The notes beneath the pieces are model-generated. The model worked only from the letters and a program-made list of their open reading frames with translations, was not told where the DNA came from and made no database searches. A DNA stretch of 64,000 nt from NCBI GenBank assembly GCA_965240325.2, contig OZ251254.1, positions 310,001-374,000 on the forward strand, written 5' to 3'. A program made the translations under genes and the position numbers. This document shows positions 9,588 through 23,300 of the stretch, piece by piece. Source of the DNA: Rebecca billardiae RCC1528. Its lineage: Eukaryota; Protista; Haptophyta. How positions within the stretch are numbered: the stretch's first letter is position 1; each line of letters opens with the position of its first letter.

Positions 9588-12192
9588 GGCAGCGCAGCGC
9601 CAACGCGCCCCCGCCCCGCACCCACGCGCCGCACCGGCGCCCTGCGCCGTGCGCGCGGCTCCGCCGGCGCATCGCCGACGTCCGGCCCCACCTGGCGCCG
9701 TACGATCTCGGCGCGCAGCGTGGAATCGCGCGGCAGCTGCACGACGCCGCCTCCCAGCGCCGTAAAGTCCGCAGTGTTGCCGCGCTGTGAGTAGTGGAAC
9801 TTGATGCCTGCGTCCGCGCAGTGTTCGACCGACAGCAGCGGCGCCGTGACGCGCCGCGACGCCCACGCCTCGATCTCGAGCGTGAGGACCTTGTCGCTGT
9901 CGTCGTCCGCCGCAAGCTTGACCACCAGGGTCCCGCGGTGAGTGACCCGCTCCCGCGCACCGTTCCCCCACTCGATCTGACATGCGCCGTCCACCGGGGT
10001 AAGATTCGTCAAATCCTCGGCCATGGCGATGTTCTTCCGTGCGCCAGTGTCAAACACCAACGCCCGCGTGTTGTCCTCCGGCGGCGCCACGCGTGCCTCG
10101 GCCGCCCGCGCCGCGACGATCTCGATGTCCTCGTCGCGCTGCGCCCTGCCGCCGATAGCCGCGCCAATAGGCGCCAAGCCGAGTCCGGCGCCGGCGCCGC
10201 CGCCGTCTCCGGCGTCAGCGTCACCGTCGCCACCAACGGCGCCGTCGGGCTCGTCACCCTGCTCGGGTGCGAACGCGACCTGCGTGCGGACCGTGCCGCC
10301 GCCGTTGCCATTCCCGACCACGGCGCGGGTGCTGCCCCCGCCACCGCCGCCGCCACCGCCACCGCCGCTCCGATGTGAGCCACGGCTGCGATCCGACCGC
10401 GTCGACGCCGCGTCATCGCCAGCGTTCGAGTCGCGATCAGCCTGCGTCACCTGCGGGCAGTAACGCTTGATATGCCCCACGGCGCCGCACTTGTAGCAGC
10501 GCGGCCCGTGCGCGTCGTCGGAGTCGTCCTGGCCTCCGCGGCCGGCGCCGCGGCCAGTGCCGCCGCCGCCACCGCCACGACCTCCGCCGCCGCCACCACG
10601 GCCAGCCGGCGACGTCGTGTCGCCGCAGCCGCCACCCGCCGACGCCGCCGCCGCCTGCGCCAGGCGGAGCCCGTCGATTGGGTGCGCACGGGTAGTCCCG
10701 CCGCCTCCTGGCATGCGGCCACCCGCCCCTGGGCGCCCAGGGCCGCCGCGGTCAACCCGCTTGCCCTTGGAGAAGTCCCAGTCCTCGAACTTGCCGTTGA
10801 GCTCGTGCACGAGCTCCTGCACGTCGAAGTTCGTCACGGTCCTGTAGTCCTTCGACTCGTACCGCGTCCGCATCTCGATGCCCGCGCCCACCGACGGAAT
10901 GAACTCGATGAGCCGCGCAAGCATCTCCGCCGCTGGCGCTGCGTCACTCAGCTCCTGCAGCAGCACGTGGTTGTGCTGTAGCACCTGGAAGAGCTCGAGG
11001 GCGCCGACGCCGTCCTTGCCGCAGTCCGGCAGGACCGTCCGATGCCAGCGTGCCCGCACCGACATGTACTTCCGCATGTCGTCGGGCTTGCGCATGCGCA
11101 GGATCGTCTTCCACAGGTACAGAAACTCGCGCCCCGGCGTAAGTGCGCCCCGGCGCGCGCGCTCCTCCTGCACCTCCGGCTGCGTCTCCATGAGGCGGTT
11201 GATGTGCTGCCACGCAGCCTCCGTCACCCACGACCGCAGCTCGGTGCGTAAGAAAGCCGTCCCTTTCTCGTACTGCGCCCCGGCGTACTTGGCGGGGTCC
11301 GCCTCGTCGCCGTCCGGCGCTGCCTCCAACACGCTCTGTCGGAGCTTTATGTCCAGCATGGCGTGCTCGCTCGCCTGCCGCTCATACATCTGTTCCTCGG
11401 TCTCGCGCTCGCGGCGGTAGAGCTCGCGCGCGCGCGGATCGAGCGTCACGGCAGCGCCGCCCGCGGGCGCCGCGCCACCGATCCCGCCGGCGCCGCCCGT
11501 AGGCGCCGCGCCGACGCCGGCACCGCCCATAGGCGTCGCGCCGTCAGTCCCAGCCGGCGCACCTGCAGCGCCGCCTGTGCCCACACCCGGACTGGGTGTG
11601 CCGGCCGCCGGACCCGGAGAAATTCCGGATCCGCCGCCCGCCGCCGGACCTGAACCCGGTCCGGTCGCCGTCGGGCCGCCCGGAGTGGCTAAACCACTCC
11701 CCGCGCCCGCCGAGGCAGCCTGCGCGTAGCTTGGCGCCTGCCTCGCCCCCGCCGCCGCCGCCGCGCGTTCCGCCGCGGCCCGGCGCTCGGCGTGCTCGCG
11801 GCGCTCGTGCTCGTGGCGATGATCGAGCAGCCGCTGCTGCAGCGCGTAGTTCTCACGCGCCAGGTCCATCCGCTCGGCACTGACCTTGATCATCTTCGCC
11901 GCGGATGGGTTGAATGTCTCCCACGTCAAGTTGTACTCCTCGAGCGTGTTGATGCGGTGCTCCGCGTTCGGGCCATGCGTCACGATGATGCCGTTCAGTG
12001 CGGACATCGTAGCACCTTGCCCCGCCGGAAGCGCCGCCAGCCTGCTCGCCGATTGCGCGAGCCAGCGCTGCTGATTGCCCTTGTCGTTGAGCATCCCCAC
12101 GTCGACCGAGCCGTGCATCCGGCCGCTCGTGCCCATCGGCGCGATCGATGAGAAAGCGCCGCGCGTACGATCCCTCCCGATCGCTGCATGCA

Positions 12193-12193
<1 letters not shown>
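9575..12193 (-). CDS. gag: Gag with CCHC zinc knuckle fused to aspartic protease
   Basis: 872-aa ORF with CYKCGAVGHIKRYC knuckle and protease LVFDTGARKNI...IEWGNG...PLLSV. Exact start uncertain. Confidence 0.9.
9581..9587 (-). promoter_or_regulatory. Candidate -1 ribosomal frameshift slippery heptamer C CCA AAC
   Basis: X XXY YYZ pattern in the ORF1 frame, one codon before the TAA stop. A -1 slip gives PKRLSPE of the pol frame. Confidence 0.55.
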
Positions 12194-13204
<1,011 letters not shown>

Positions 13205-15883
13205 GAGGCCGTCGATCTCCATGATGGTGGTCTCGCTATTTGCACGCCAGAATCGCACCGGCTAGATCACACTTTGGCAGTCTGAAAATGGCACAGGCGG
13301 CGCGGGCGGTTCCGCCCGACTTTACACGGCTGACGCGCCCTGCCTCTCCGCGCTCGACGACGAGCTCAAGGCTGCTCAAGCTGCTGCCGCCGCTGCGCAC
13401 GGGCATCGGCAAGCGCCGAGTGCATCATATTATTGGCAGCCCGCTGCCGCTGGGGACAGGTTGCACGGAGAAATGACCGCCCGCGACTGACAGATGTTAC
13501 ATACTTACATTCACAGTGGACGCGACCTGTCCACCCGTCTTTCGGTACATCGCGCCCGTCCCATGGCGGCCGGCGCGTGGCGCGAGTGCTTGGAAACCAC
13601 GGAGCACACGGCCGGTGGTTTCCGACCTTCGCCGCCACGGCCCGCCTCCCCTTCCGCCCGCAATCGGTACCACAGTCTGGTGCCCAGTTCCTCTCACTCC
13701 CGCGTCGTCAGTGGCGCGAAGCCGAAGCGCATGGCGAAGAAGCACAACTGGGACCTGGATACAGGTGGTAGATAGAGCCTTCAAGGAGGCTGCCGTCGCG
13801 AACGAGCAGGATGCGCCGGTTGTAGTATGCGCGTGCACCCTTGCACGAACGTGTGCTGGTCTCCTGCTGCACTGCCCATACCGTACGCACGAGCACGCAA
13901 CCGTGCGCACGCGCTCAGGTGGCTCGGACCACACACGCGAGTGCTTGTGAAGCTCGCCTCACGGGGCCTTCGTAGAAGAAGGCGGGCAACCGGAGCGCGC
14001 TAAGGAAGCAGAAGACGATGCTCGCCAAACGCGTCCAGCGCGCGAGGGCGAAGCTTGCTACGGCGCGCGCGGCCTCTGCTGTTGCAGCTCGGGCCGCTGC
14101 TCCGGCCGTGCAGGCGTCTGGCGCGGGGTCCTCGGACAAGCAGGCGAACTCTGGGCAGTCTGCCTTTGCCGCCGGCAAGAAGTATCGGAAGCGCACGCAT
14201 TTGGTCGAGCGCGTGGCGCGCTCGCGCGCCGTGACGCAGCAAGCAGGCGATCCTTGACAAGCGCCTCGCTGACGCTCAGCAGGCCGAGGCAACGAGCGCG
14301 GCGCTCGACCACGCTGACAGGCACGCCCTGAGTGAGGGGGAACACACCTTTCGAGACAGCACTCAGGCGCTCGACGTTGAGTATCTCATTGATCGCGCGC
14401 GTGTGTGATCACGTCAGCCAGACTAAGTCGCGCGAGGTGGAGCAGGTGGTAGCGCGCCTCTTCGCCGCATCATCTGCAGCTGACTGGCGTGCACCCGCCA
14501 GCTCGCTCACGTCGCGCGCGGCAGCGGTCGGCTTCCACCCTGTTCGCACAGCGCGGCGCCGGCTGCACCGCCCGTTCCGCTGGACGCCGGCTCGCTCGTC
14601 GTTGACGACTTCTTCTTCAACCCGGTCGCGCGGGCGCGGTGATGGTACACTCCGGCAGGCAGATGCGGCGCACTGTCTGATGCTCTATGAGTGCGTGTGC
14701 CTTTCCATCCACGATGTCGACTCAGGCTGCTACGCGTGGCATCCAGCTCGAGGCGGAGGTCGCCAGGGGTCGCCCAAGGTCGAGTCTGCCTTGCGTGTGC
14801 TAGGTCGCCGAGGTGCGGCCGCAGGGTGCTCGCTGGCTGACTCCTGACGATGACGAGGAGTTGCGCGCCGCATCGCAACCTCTCGCACGTATCGTGCCGA
14901 CCGCGAGTCGAGTGGATGACGCTCGTGGCGGCTGCTCTTCAAATGACGCGCGGCCGGGCCCTTGGCGAGCTTGGGAGGAGGGCTCGGTCTGCTACATGTG
15001 CGTCAGTAGTCACGGCCTAAACCGTGCGCAAGACACATTGAGTCGTACATGGCGCGGCAGCAACGGCCGCACCGCGAGGGCACCGTGGGCGGGCAGCCAT
15101 GCTCCAAAGGGCCGAAATGTAACACCAAGGTCAGTTTCTCGTGCAACCTGTCTGGGCGAGTTCGCGTCGTACGTCGCACGCCTCGGCGCAGCGAGCGCGC
15201 ACGCGGCGGCGCGCGGGTCGCGCTGACGATTTGGCCGAACGGCCGGGAGATGGTACTGAGTCCGGCTAGGGCAAACCGCCCGTCGGGATCGGGCCATATT
15301 TCGTCGCATTTTTCGCGCCACCGTCCTGTTCGCCGACGACGCGCGCGCGCGCGAGCTTTCGCGATTCGTGATTCGGCCAATCGGCGAATCGCACATTCTC
15401 TGCCCCGATGAACGATGTAGTTCCGAGGGAATTTGGGGGTTGAAGCGTTGTGAATCCTTGCCGTGACAAAAAATATAATTGGCTACTATGGGGGTGGTTC
15501 GCCGGAGCTCGGGATCCCGCCCCAAAATCCACCCGCCAAGAGAGAATCCGTCAATGACAGGGGGAATCTGCCGTGGTCTTGGGCTGAAATCATCTGATCG
15601 TGCAGCTTTTTGTCGGTCTGCGAAAGTTGTGAAGCGGTGGTTGTGGGGATCCCCTCACGACCGTAAAATGACCGAAATTAGACTCGGAGCGCACATCAGA
15701 GGATCAGGCCCGATCAGCGTCGAGTTTGATGGACCTTGGCTCAATAGTGATATATTAGTATTTTGATCGGTTCGTTACCCGTTTGCGTCGGTCGGTCGCC
15801 CACGTCAAAAAAATCCTTTGCCGATTGCCGCGCGCGCCCAACAGGCGTCACAGGCTCGTCCGTCCGATCCGACCGCGCCCTCG

Positions 15884-18800
15884 ATGACATTCGCCGCTTG
15901 CGCCCACGCCGTCGAGGACGAGACGCTGGCGAGTGACCGCTCGGCGCTGCAGCCGCGCACGCTCTCGCCGACCAACGCGCGCGCCGAGTTCAGAGACCCG
16001 ACCGTCGAGCGCCGCTACATGCACGCGAAGCCGCAGCTGCGGTTGCACACCTGCCTCACCGCGATCGTCGCACTCGTCCTCACCGCGCTCGTCGCGCGCA
16101 CGGCGTACGTGGCCTCGATCGGCGCGTCTGCCGACGCATGGCTCGCCCCGTTCACCGGCGCCGTGCTCACGCTGGCGTTCGCCTCCGTGCTCCTCGCGCT
16201 CGTCGCGACGCGATGCACCGGGCGCACCCTGCCGTGCGCCTTCTCCGAGGCGGCGTGCCCCGCCCTCGTGTGCGCGACGTTGGTCCTCGTCCCGCTGGCG
16301 CTCGCGCGTCGCGACATGCACGGCGGGCACGCAGACGACGCGCTCGACGCGTGCGCCCTCGCCAGCCAGCGCGCGACCATCAGCTCCGTCTACCTGAACC
16401 GCGTGCTGCTCGCGCTCGCGCTGCTGGCTGTCTGCTCGCCCGTGCGACCGCGCTGCTTTGAGGTTGTGATGCTGTGCGCGAGCTTCGGCGGCGTGTGGCT
16501 GCACTTCGTGGCGGGGCGGGCGCTGCCGGCGTGGATGCACGCGGTCGACCTCGCCGCCTTCTTCGCCGTCGAGCTGCTGCTCCTGCGCGCGTGCCACCTG
16601 CTCGCGCACAGCCGCCGCGCCGAGTCCCGCCTGAGCGGTGTCGCCGCGGCCGCCGAGGAGTGGCGGGTGCGCACGGAGCTGGAGACTGAGCAGCGGCAGC
16701 AGCAGGAGCAGGCGACACAGGAGGCGCGCTCGCGCCTGGTGCGCATGGTGATGCACGACCTGCGCTCGCCACTGCTCACCATCTCCAACTCGGTCGAGAT
16801 GCTCACGGATCAGATCCAGCTCACCCAGCAGCCCCGCGCCGCGCACGCGCGGCCGCCCGAAGGCGGCGGCGGCGCAAGCGGCGGTGGCGCCGCGAGCGCC
16901 GCCGGCGACAGGCAGGCGGAGACGGAGGCGCACGCCGAGCCGCTCGCGTGGGAGTGCCTGCGCTCCGTGCGCGTGTGCACGCAGCTGATGGAGGACATCA
17001 TGTCCGACATGCTCGACTTTGAGCGCATTTCCTCTGGGCGGCTGCTGCTCGTGTGGGCGCCATTTCAAGTCGAGCAACTTCTTGGCGCGGCGCAGTGCAC
17101 GTTCGCCGGGCTGTGCGAGGCGAAGGGGGTGCGGCTGGTGTGCGGCGCGGTGCCGCGGGCGCTCGAGGGCAGGTGGTTCCGCGCCGACCTGCGCCGGCTG
17201 CAGCAGTGTCTCAACAACGGCCTCTCCAACGCGGTGCGCGCCAGCCGCCCGCCCGCTGCCGCCGGCCGACCGCGCGGGCGAGCGCGCGCGCTCGTGTCGC
17301 GCGCGCGGCAGCGGCCGGCTCAGCCGCCGCCCGCCGCCCGCCGCCGCCGCCCGCGTGCCGCCGCTCACGCGCGTGCGCTCGCCCGCCCGCCCGCCCGCGC
17401 GCACGCGGATGCGCCACGTGGCGCGCGCCCCCGCCCACCCCGCCGCCCGCCCGCCCTGCGTGCGCTCAGATCAAGTTTACAGACGGCGGCGGCACCATTA
17501 GCCTCGACGCGCACGCGCCGGCGCGGCCGCGGCCGCGAGCCTCTGGTGAGGATGAGGATGGCGGGGGCACGGCGGCGGCCGGCTTTGGCGACGAGGCGGG
17601 CGTGTCTGTGGTCGTGGTGGTGCGGGACAGCGGGGTCGGGCTGAGCGCCGAGGAGCTGCGCACGCTGCGCGCCGGCTCGCTCTTCGAGCAGGTCGGCCGC
17701 GGCAAGCTGCAGGGGAACGGCGGCACCGGACTCGGGCTCTCAATCTCGCGCGAGATTCTCAATCTCCACCGCGGCTCGACGCTCGAGATTTCGTCAGAGG
17801 GGCATGGGCGCGGCACGAGCTACGAGATGGCGCTGCGGCTGGAGGAGGTGGCCGCGCCCGCGCCGCTCGATGTGCAGGCCGAGGCCCTGCTGGTGCCGTC
17901 GCTCTCGGCGAGGGGCGGGGCAGCGCCTCCGGCCGCCCGCGTGGGCGAGCCCGGCGGCGACGGCGGCGGCGTCGACAGTGCGGCGCGCGCGCAGTTCGGT
18001 GCGGCAGCGGCCGAGGGCCAGGGCGACACCGAGCCGTCCGCCGCGGCTGCGAGTGCGGCGGGCGCGGGCGCGCAGCCCGGCGCGCCGCCAGCCGCCGCGC
18101 CCAAGCCGCACTTTGACGACAGCTTCCTCTGCCTCCACGTCGAGGTGAGACTCGCTGCCGCCGCTCCGCGCGCCCGCCGCCGCGCACGCGAGCGCGAGGC
18201 GAGCGCGCCGCCGCCGCGGCGGGGCTGGGCCAACGAGCTCACCGCGCGACGCGTCGCCGCGGCACCCGGCGCCCACGCCCCGCCGCGCTGCCCCCGCGCC
18301 GCGCGCAGGACGACGCGCTGCTGCGCAAGTCCCTCGAGCTCCGAGTGTTCCGCAAGCTGGGCATCCGATTCCGGGTGGCTGAGAACGGCGAGGCGGCTGT
18401 CCGGATGGTCCTGGCGGAGGGGCTCTCGCCAACGGTGATCCTGATGGACAATCAGATGCCGGTGATGGACGGCGCGGCGGCGACGCGCGCGCTGCGGCAG
18501 GGGGGCTTCGAGGGAGTGATCATCGGCATGACAGGTGCGCCCAGCGCGCTGCGCCGCCGCTGCCCCCCGCCGGAGCACTCAGCGGACCGGATGCGCATGC
18601 CACGTGTCGCGTGCCCCCGCTGCCCCCGACGACTCGCGGCGCGCCGTGCGCTCACACCGCGCCACTCACGCTCGGTGCGCCCCGCCGCGCGCCGCCCGCG
18701 CGTCTGGCCGCAGGCGACCCGTCGGGCTGCGCCGAGCGCCGCGAGTTTGAGGCGTGCGGGCTGAACGGCTGCGTCGACAAGACGCGCGCCGGGACTAGCA

Positions 18801-19234
18801 CCGTGCAGCAGCGGCTGCTTGCGTTCGCGCGGCGCGCGGAGCGGCTCTCGCCGACCACGTCGCCGGAGGCGCGGGCGCGGCTCGCGGCGGCGTTGCCGGT
18901 CGTGCGGGCGCGGTGCAAGCCCTCGCCGCCGCTCAGATCACGGCACCCATCGGCTGCGCTCGCGCCGAAGGCGCCCCTTCCTCCTCTCGTCGATGGCGGC
19001 GACTCAATGCCGCCCTCACCGCCGGCATCGTCGCCGCCGTCGGCGCCGCGCGCGGCAGCACACGACGGCGACGGCTCCTCGAGCCACGGCTCGTCGTTCT
19101 GCTCGCGGTGGGATGCCGCCGCCGACCTGTCAGACGCCAGCACGAGCCGCAACGACTCTTGCTGGTCCTCGGCGACGACGCCGGAGCCCGCCGATCGTCG
19201 GCTACGACTCACGCGCCGCCTCGGCGCCGCCTGA
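15884..19234 (+). CDS. Membrane hybrid sensor histidine kinase / receiver (HK1), 4 exons
   Basis: Exons 15884-17233, 17470-18144, 18309-18534, 18714-19234 (all GT-AG). N-terminal TM helices; H-box MVMHDLRSPL; N-box NGLSNA|IKFT; VRDSGVG; GGTGLGLSI; receiver HVE|DD, ILMDNQMPVMDG, MT|GD, VDK. Confidence 0.92.
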
Positions 19235-19446
19235 CTCACGACTCGCCGACTGACTCGATCTGAGTGACGACGCCGCCTGACTGACTTCTGCGCGCGCGCC
19301 AGTCGTCGTCCGCCTACCGCCCGCCGGGAGTGTTATCGTCGGGTCCGCGCGCCGTTAATTAACCGACCGGCCGGACTGCTTAGTCGTAGCAGCAGTTGCG
19401 GGCTTGTCACAGTGGATGCCAGCAGCACAGTTATTTGCTGATGTAT

Positions 19447-19485
<39 letters not shown>

Positions 19486-20310
19486 ATGGCGCGGGTTGTC
19501 AATTTGCGGCGTCGCGTCGATGGCTGGGCTTGAGCCGCCTCAGGCTCAGTACACTGCTCACAGCTCACTGTCCGGGCGCGCGGTCAGCGCCGCTCGCGGC
19601 GGGGCCGTCGTTATAGCAGCTTCGTACGTAGTAGTAGCAGTCGTCAGCATCGTCAGCAGGCGGGCCGCCAGAGGCAGAGGGCGAGGCGGACCGGCGCGGG
19701 CGGAGGTGGCCGACCGGTACCGGCGCCGGTTGAACCGGCGCCAACCGGCGCGCGCACCACGGCGGAGCCGGAGCCCGCACCCGGCGGCGCTCGGCGCCGA
19801 GACAACGCGCGATCACGACGCCGCCGGAATGCCCGGATGATCGTCACCGGCGGCGCGGGTCACCGCGCCTCTGCAGGCCTCTGCTCAGATCGGCACAGTA
19901 GGCGCCGCGCGCGGACCGCGGCTGCCGCGTCCAGTCCGGTATTCCCGCGGGAGTGATCGTCCTGCGCGCGCGCTGATATGACGACGCCGCGCGCGAAGGC
20001 GGCGCGGCATCGGCGCGCCGCACTCGGATGCGTGGCATATATATATAGTACAGTGCACTGCTGCCGCACCGGGCTGACCGACTCGGTCCGACTCCGAGCC
20101 GTCGGGGCGCCTGCGCAGCCAGCAATGAATTCAGAGCGATCGAGCTATATCTATCGTATCGTCAGTCTGCGCTTGTCTCGCGTCGTCATCGCGCGCTAAT
20201 TGTCAGACTTTATAGCGCGCGCGCACCTCCGCCCCCGCCCATCCAGACTCCCGTCGTCCGCCGCCGAGTGCGCACGCCCGCGCCGCGCTCCGCCGCGCGT
20301 GCGCGCGCGC

Positions 20311-23300
20311 TCAGCCGGGCGGATGCGCCGGCGGGAACGCAAACTCGGGGTTGGGCACGAGCTCGTCGCCGAACCACGCGTACGTGATCGTGTGCGCGCG
20401 CACCCACGCCGCCACGTCGCGCCGGCGCGCGCCCGCGGCGGCGCACTTGTCGACAAAGTCGGCGTAGCGGTCGTTGCTCAAGATGCAGCCGGCGTGGAGC
20501 TTGGCGTACTGCAGCGCGTACGAGTCGTCGTAGTCGCCCCCGGGCGTGGGCACCAGCCGCCCCTCCGCCGCCAGCGCACGCAGCAGCGCGCAGTCATCAG
20601 GCAGCCGCACCGCCGGGATCGGCTCGCCCGCCGCCGCGCGCCGCCGGAGCGCAGCCGCCTGCGCTTCGTCAATATAGTACTCGGGCAGGACGGCGACGGC
20701 GCGGTGGCCGCGGCGCTCGTAGTGCGCCAGCGCGAGCTCGATGCCGCGGCAGCTGAAGCGCGCGTGCCGCCCGTGGCGCATCGCCACGTTGGCCGCGTCG
20801 ACGACGATGAGCGCACGCGAAGGGCCGCCGCTCGCGGCGGCGGCAGAGGCGGCGGCGCCGGGAGCAAGGCCCACGCCGCCGCGCGCGCCCGCCGCGCCCG
20901 CCCAGCCGGCGGTGGGCGCGCGCGCGGCGTGCCGCGCGCCCGTGCCGCACGCGCCGCCGCGCGGGCCCGGCTGCGGGGGCGCGCCCTGCGGCTGCCCCAC
21001 CGCCGCCGCCGCCGCGTGCACAGCCGCCGCCGCCGCCGCCGTCGGCGCCGGCGCCTCGGCGGTGGGCGGCGCCGGCGCCAGTTGCACAGCCGGCCGCGGC
21101 GCGCGCGTCGTGTACGCTGGCTCGGCGCCGCCGACGCTCGCGGCGAGCGCGCGCGCGAGAGAGAGCAACTGCCCCGCCGACGGGTCGTCGGCGTCGGCCT
21201 CGTCACCGTCGGCGTCGACGTCGACGTCGGCGTCGACGGGAGGCGAGGCCGCGGCGGCCGGGTCGCCGCCGTCCGCGGCCGCGCGGCCGTGGCGCGGCGG
21301 CGGCAGTAGCGGCCGAAGGGCGCCAACCCGCTCGCCCGCGCGCACGAGGCGGTGCAGCGCGGCGAGGCGCTCCACCTCGAACCAAGCGGCCAGCCGGCGC
21401 GCGGCGGCGGCGCGCGCGCCCGCCGAAGCTTCCGCGGGAGCTCCCACCGAAGCTTCCGCCGAAGCTTCCGCGGAAGCTTCCGCGGAAGGGTCTGACGCGC
21501 CCGCGCCTGTCGCCGCGCTCACCGCGGCGGCGGCGCACGCGGCGGCGGCGGCGGCGCGGGCTGGCGCGGGCACGGCATACGGCGAATCGGGCGGCGCCGC
21601 GCCGCCCTCCGCGGCAGTCGCCGCCGCGCTCAGCTCCGCGTCGCCGTACTCCGCCCACGCCAGCAGCGACGAGGGTGCCCGCAGCGAGCGCGCGCCGCCG
21701 CCGCCGCCGCCGCGAGCATCAGCCGCGCCGGAGCCGCCGAGCGCGCCCGCGGCGGCGCGTGGTACTGTGCTGAGTGTCGCGTCGGCGTCGGCGTGCGGCG
21801 CGGCGCAGTGGGCGCACGGCGCGCGCGGCGCGGCAGGGCTGCCGCCGCGCGGCGGCGCGCCCTCCTCCGCACGTTGCAGCAGCAGCAGAGCCCCGTCATC
21901 GCCCAGCAGCGCCGCGGGGCCGCAGCGGCAGCCGCCGCCCGGCGCGCGCGCGAGCGCAGCGGGCGCGCGCAGGCCGGGCCAGAAGCCGAGCACGCTGAGC
22001 AGCTCAGGGCGGGGCGGGGCGCTGCCGCCGCGCGCGCCATCCGCGCCTGCCTCGGCCGCCTCCGCACCCTCCGCTTCCGCCTCCGCCGCCTCGGCCGCGC
22101 TTTCAGCATGGCTGCTGACTCGAGCGATGGCGGCGGCGGCGCGGAGCACCGCCGCCATTGCTCGGGTCAGCCATGCTGAGAGCGCGGCCCAGAGCGGCGA
22201 GAGCGGGCCCTCGGAGGAGAGGAGCTCCGCCGCCGCCGCCGCCGCCGCCGCGCCGCCAACGCCACCGCCAACGCCAACGCCAACGCCGTCGCACCCGCCA
22301 CCGCCGTCCCCGCCGCGCGCGTCCGCGGCGGCGCGCGCCGACGCGCCGCGCGCGCCGCAGACCGTCCCGAGCGCAGCCGAGCCGCGCCGCGCGCGCGGGA
22401 GGCCTTTCGCGTCCGCCGCCGCCTCGACCACCGAGGCCAGCCACTCCGCGAGCAGGCCGAGCGGCGGCAGCGTGCGCACGCGCGCGCACGCCCACGTGCG
22501 CGCCGGCAGAAGAGCGCACAGCTGCTGCCCCGCGGCGGCGGCGCCGATTCCATCGCCGTCCGCGCCCGCGCCGCCGCCGCCGCCGCCGCCGCGCGCGCGC
22601 CGCGGCCTCGCGCCCGCTGACGCCACCGCGACGGGCGCCACGTTGGGCGCGCGGGGCAGCGCCCGCACCAGCGCGCATGCAAATTCGGCCGAAGCCTCGA
22701 GCGCCCAACAACCGGTGCTCAACTCGAGCGCCGGCGCGGCGGCGGGTGTGCCGGCGGCGGCGGCGGCGGCGGCGGGTTGTACACACCCCATGCCCTCCGC
22801 GCCACCGCAGCCGGCGGCGGCGCCAACGCCCGCGCCGGCGTCCTCCCCGGCCCCGTCGGCGCCGCCGCCGCGCGCACCGCCCGCCAGCGACCTCACGAGC
22901 GCGTGCGCGCGCGCACCATGGGCAAGCATGGCCGCCGCCCGCACCGCGCCGAGCGCCGCCGCCTCGTCGGCCGCCTCAGCCTCCGCCGGGGTGGAATCGG
23001 CGGTGGCGGCAGCGGCGCCGCCGCCGCGCGCGGCGGGCGGGCCCGCGCCGCGCGCGCAGCCGCCGCGCGTGCGCATCCCGCGCACGCCGTGCGCACCCGC
23101 CGCCGCGCGGCCGCCTGGTGCGGGCGCGGCGGGCGCGGCGAGCGCGGACAACTGAGCTACGATAGCGCCGACTGGCGGCGGCATCGGTGCCGCGCGCGCG
23201 CCGCCCGCGTCGGCACGCTCCGCGCAGCGAGCGCCGCCGTCCGCGCCGCCGCCGCCGTCAGCCGCCGCGCCCGCGCCCGCGCTCAGGCTGAGCGCTAGCG

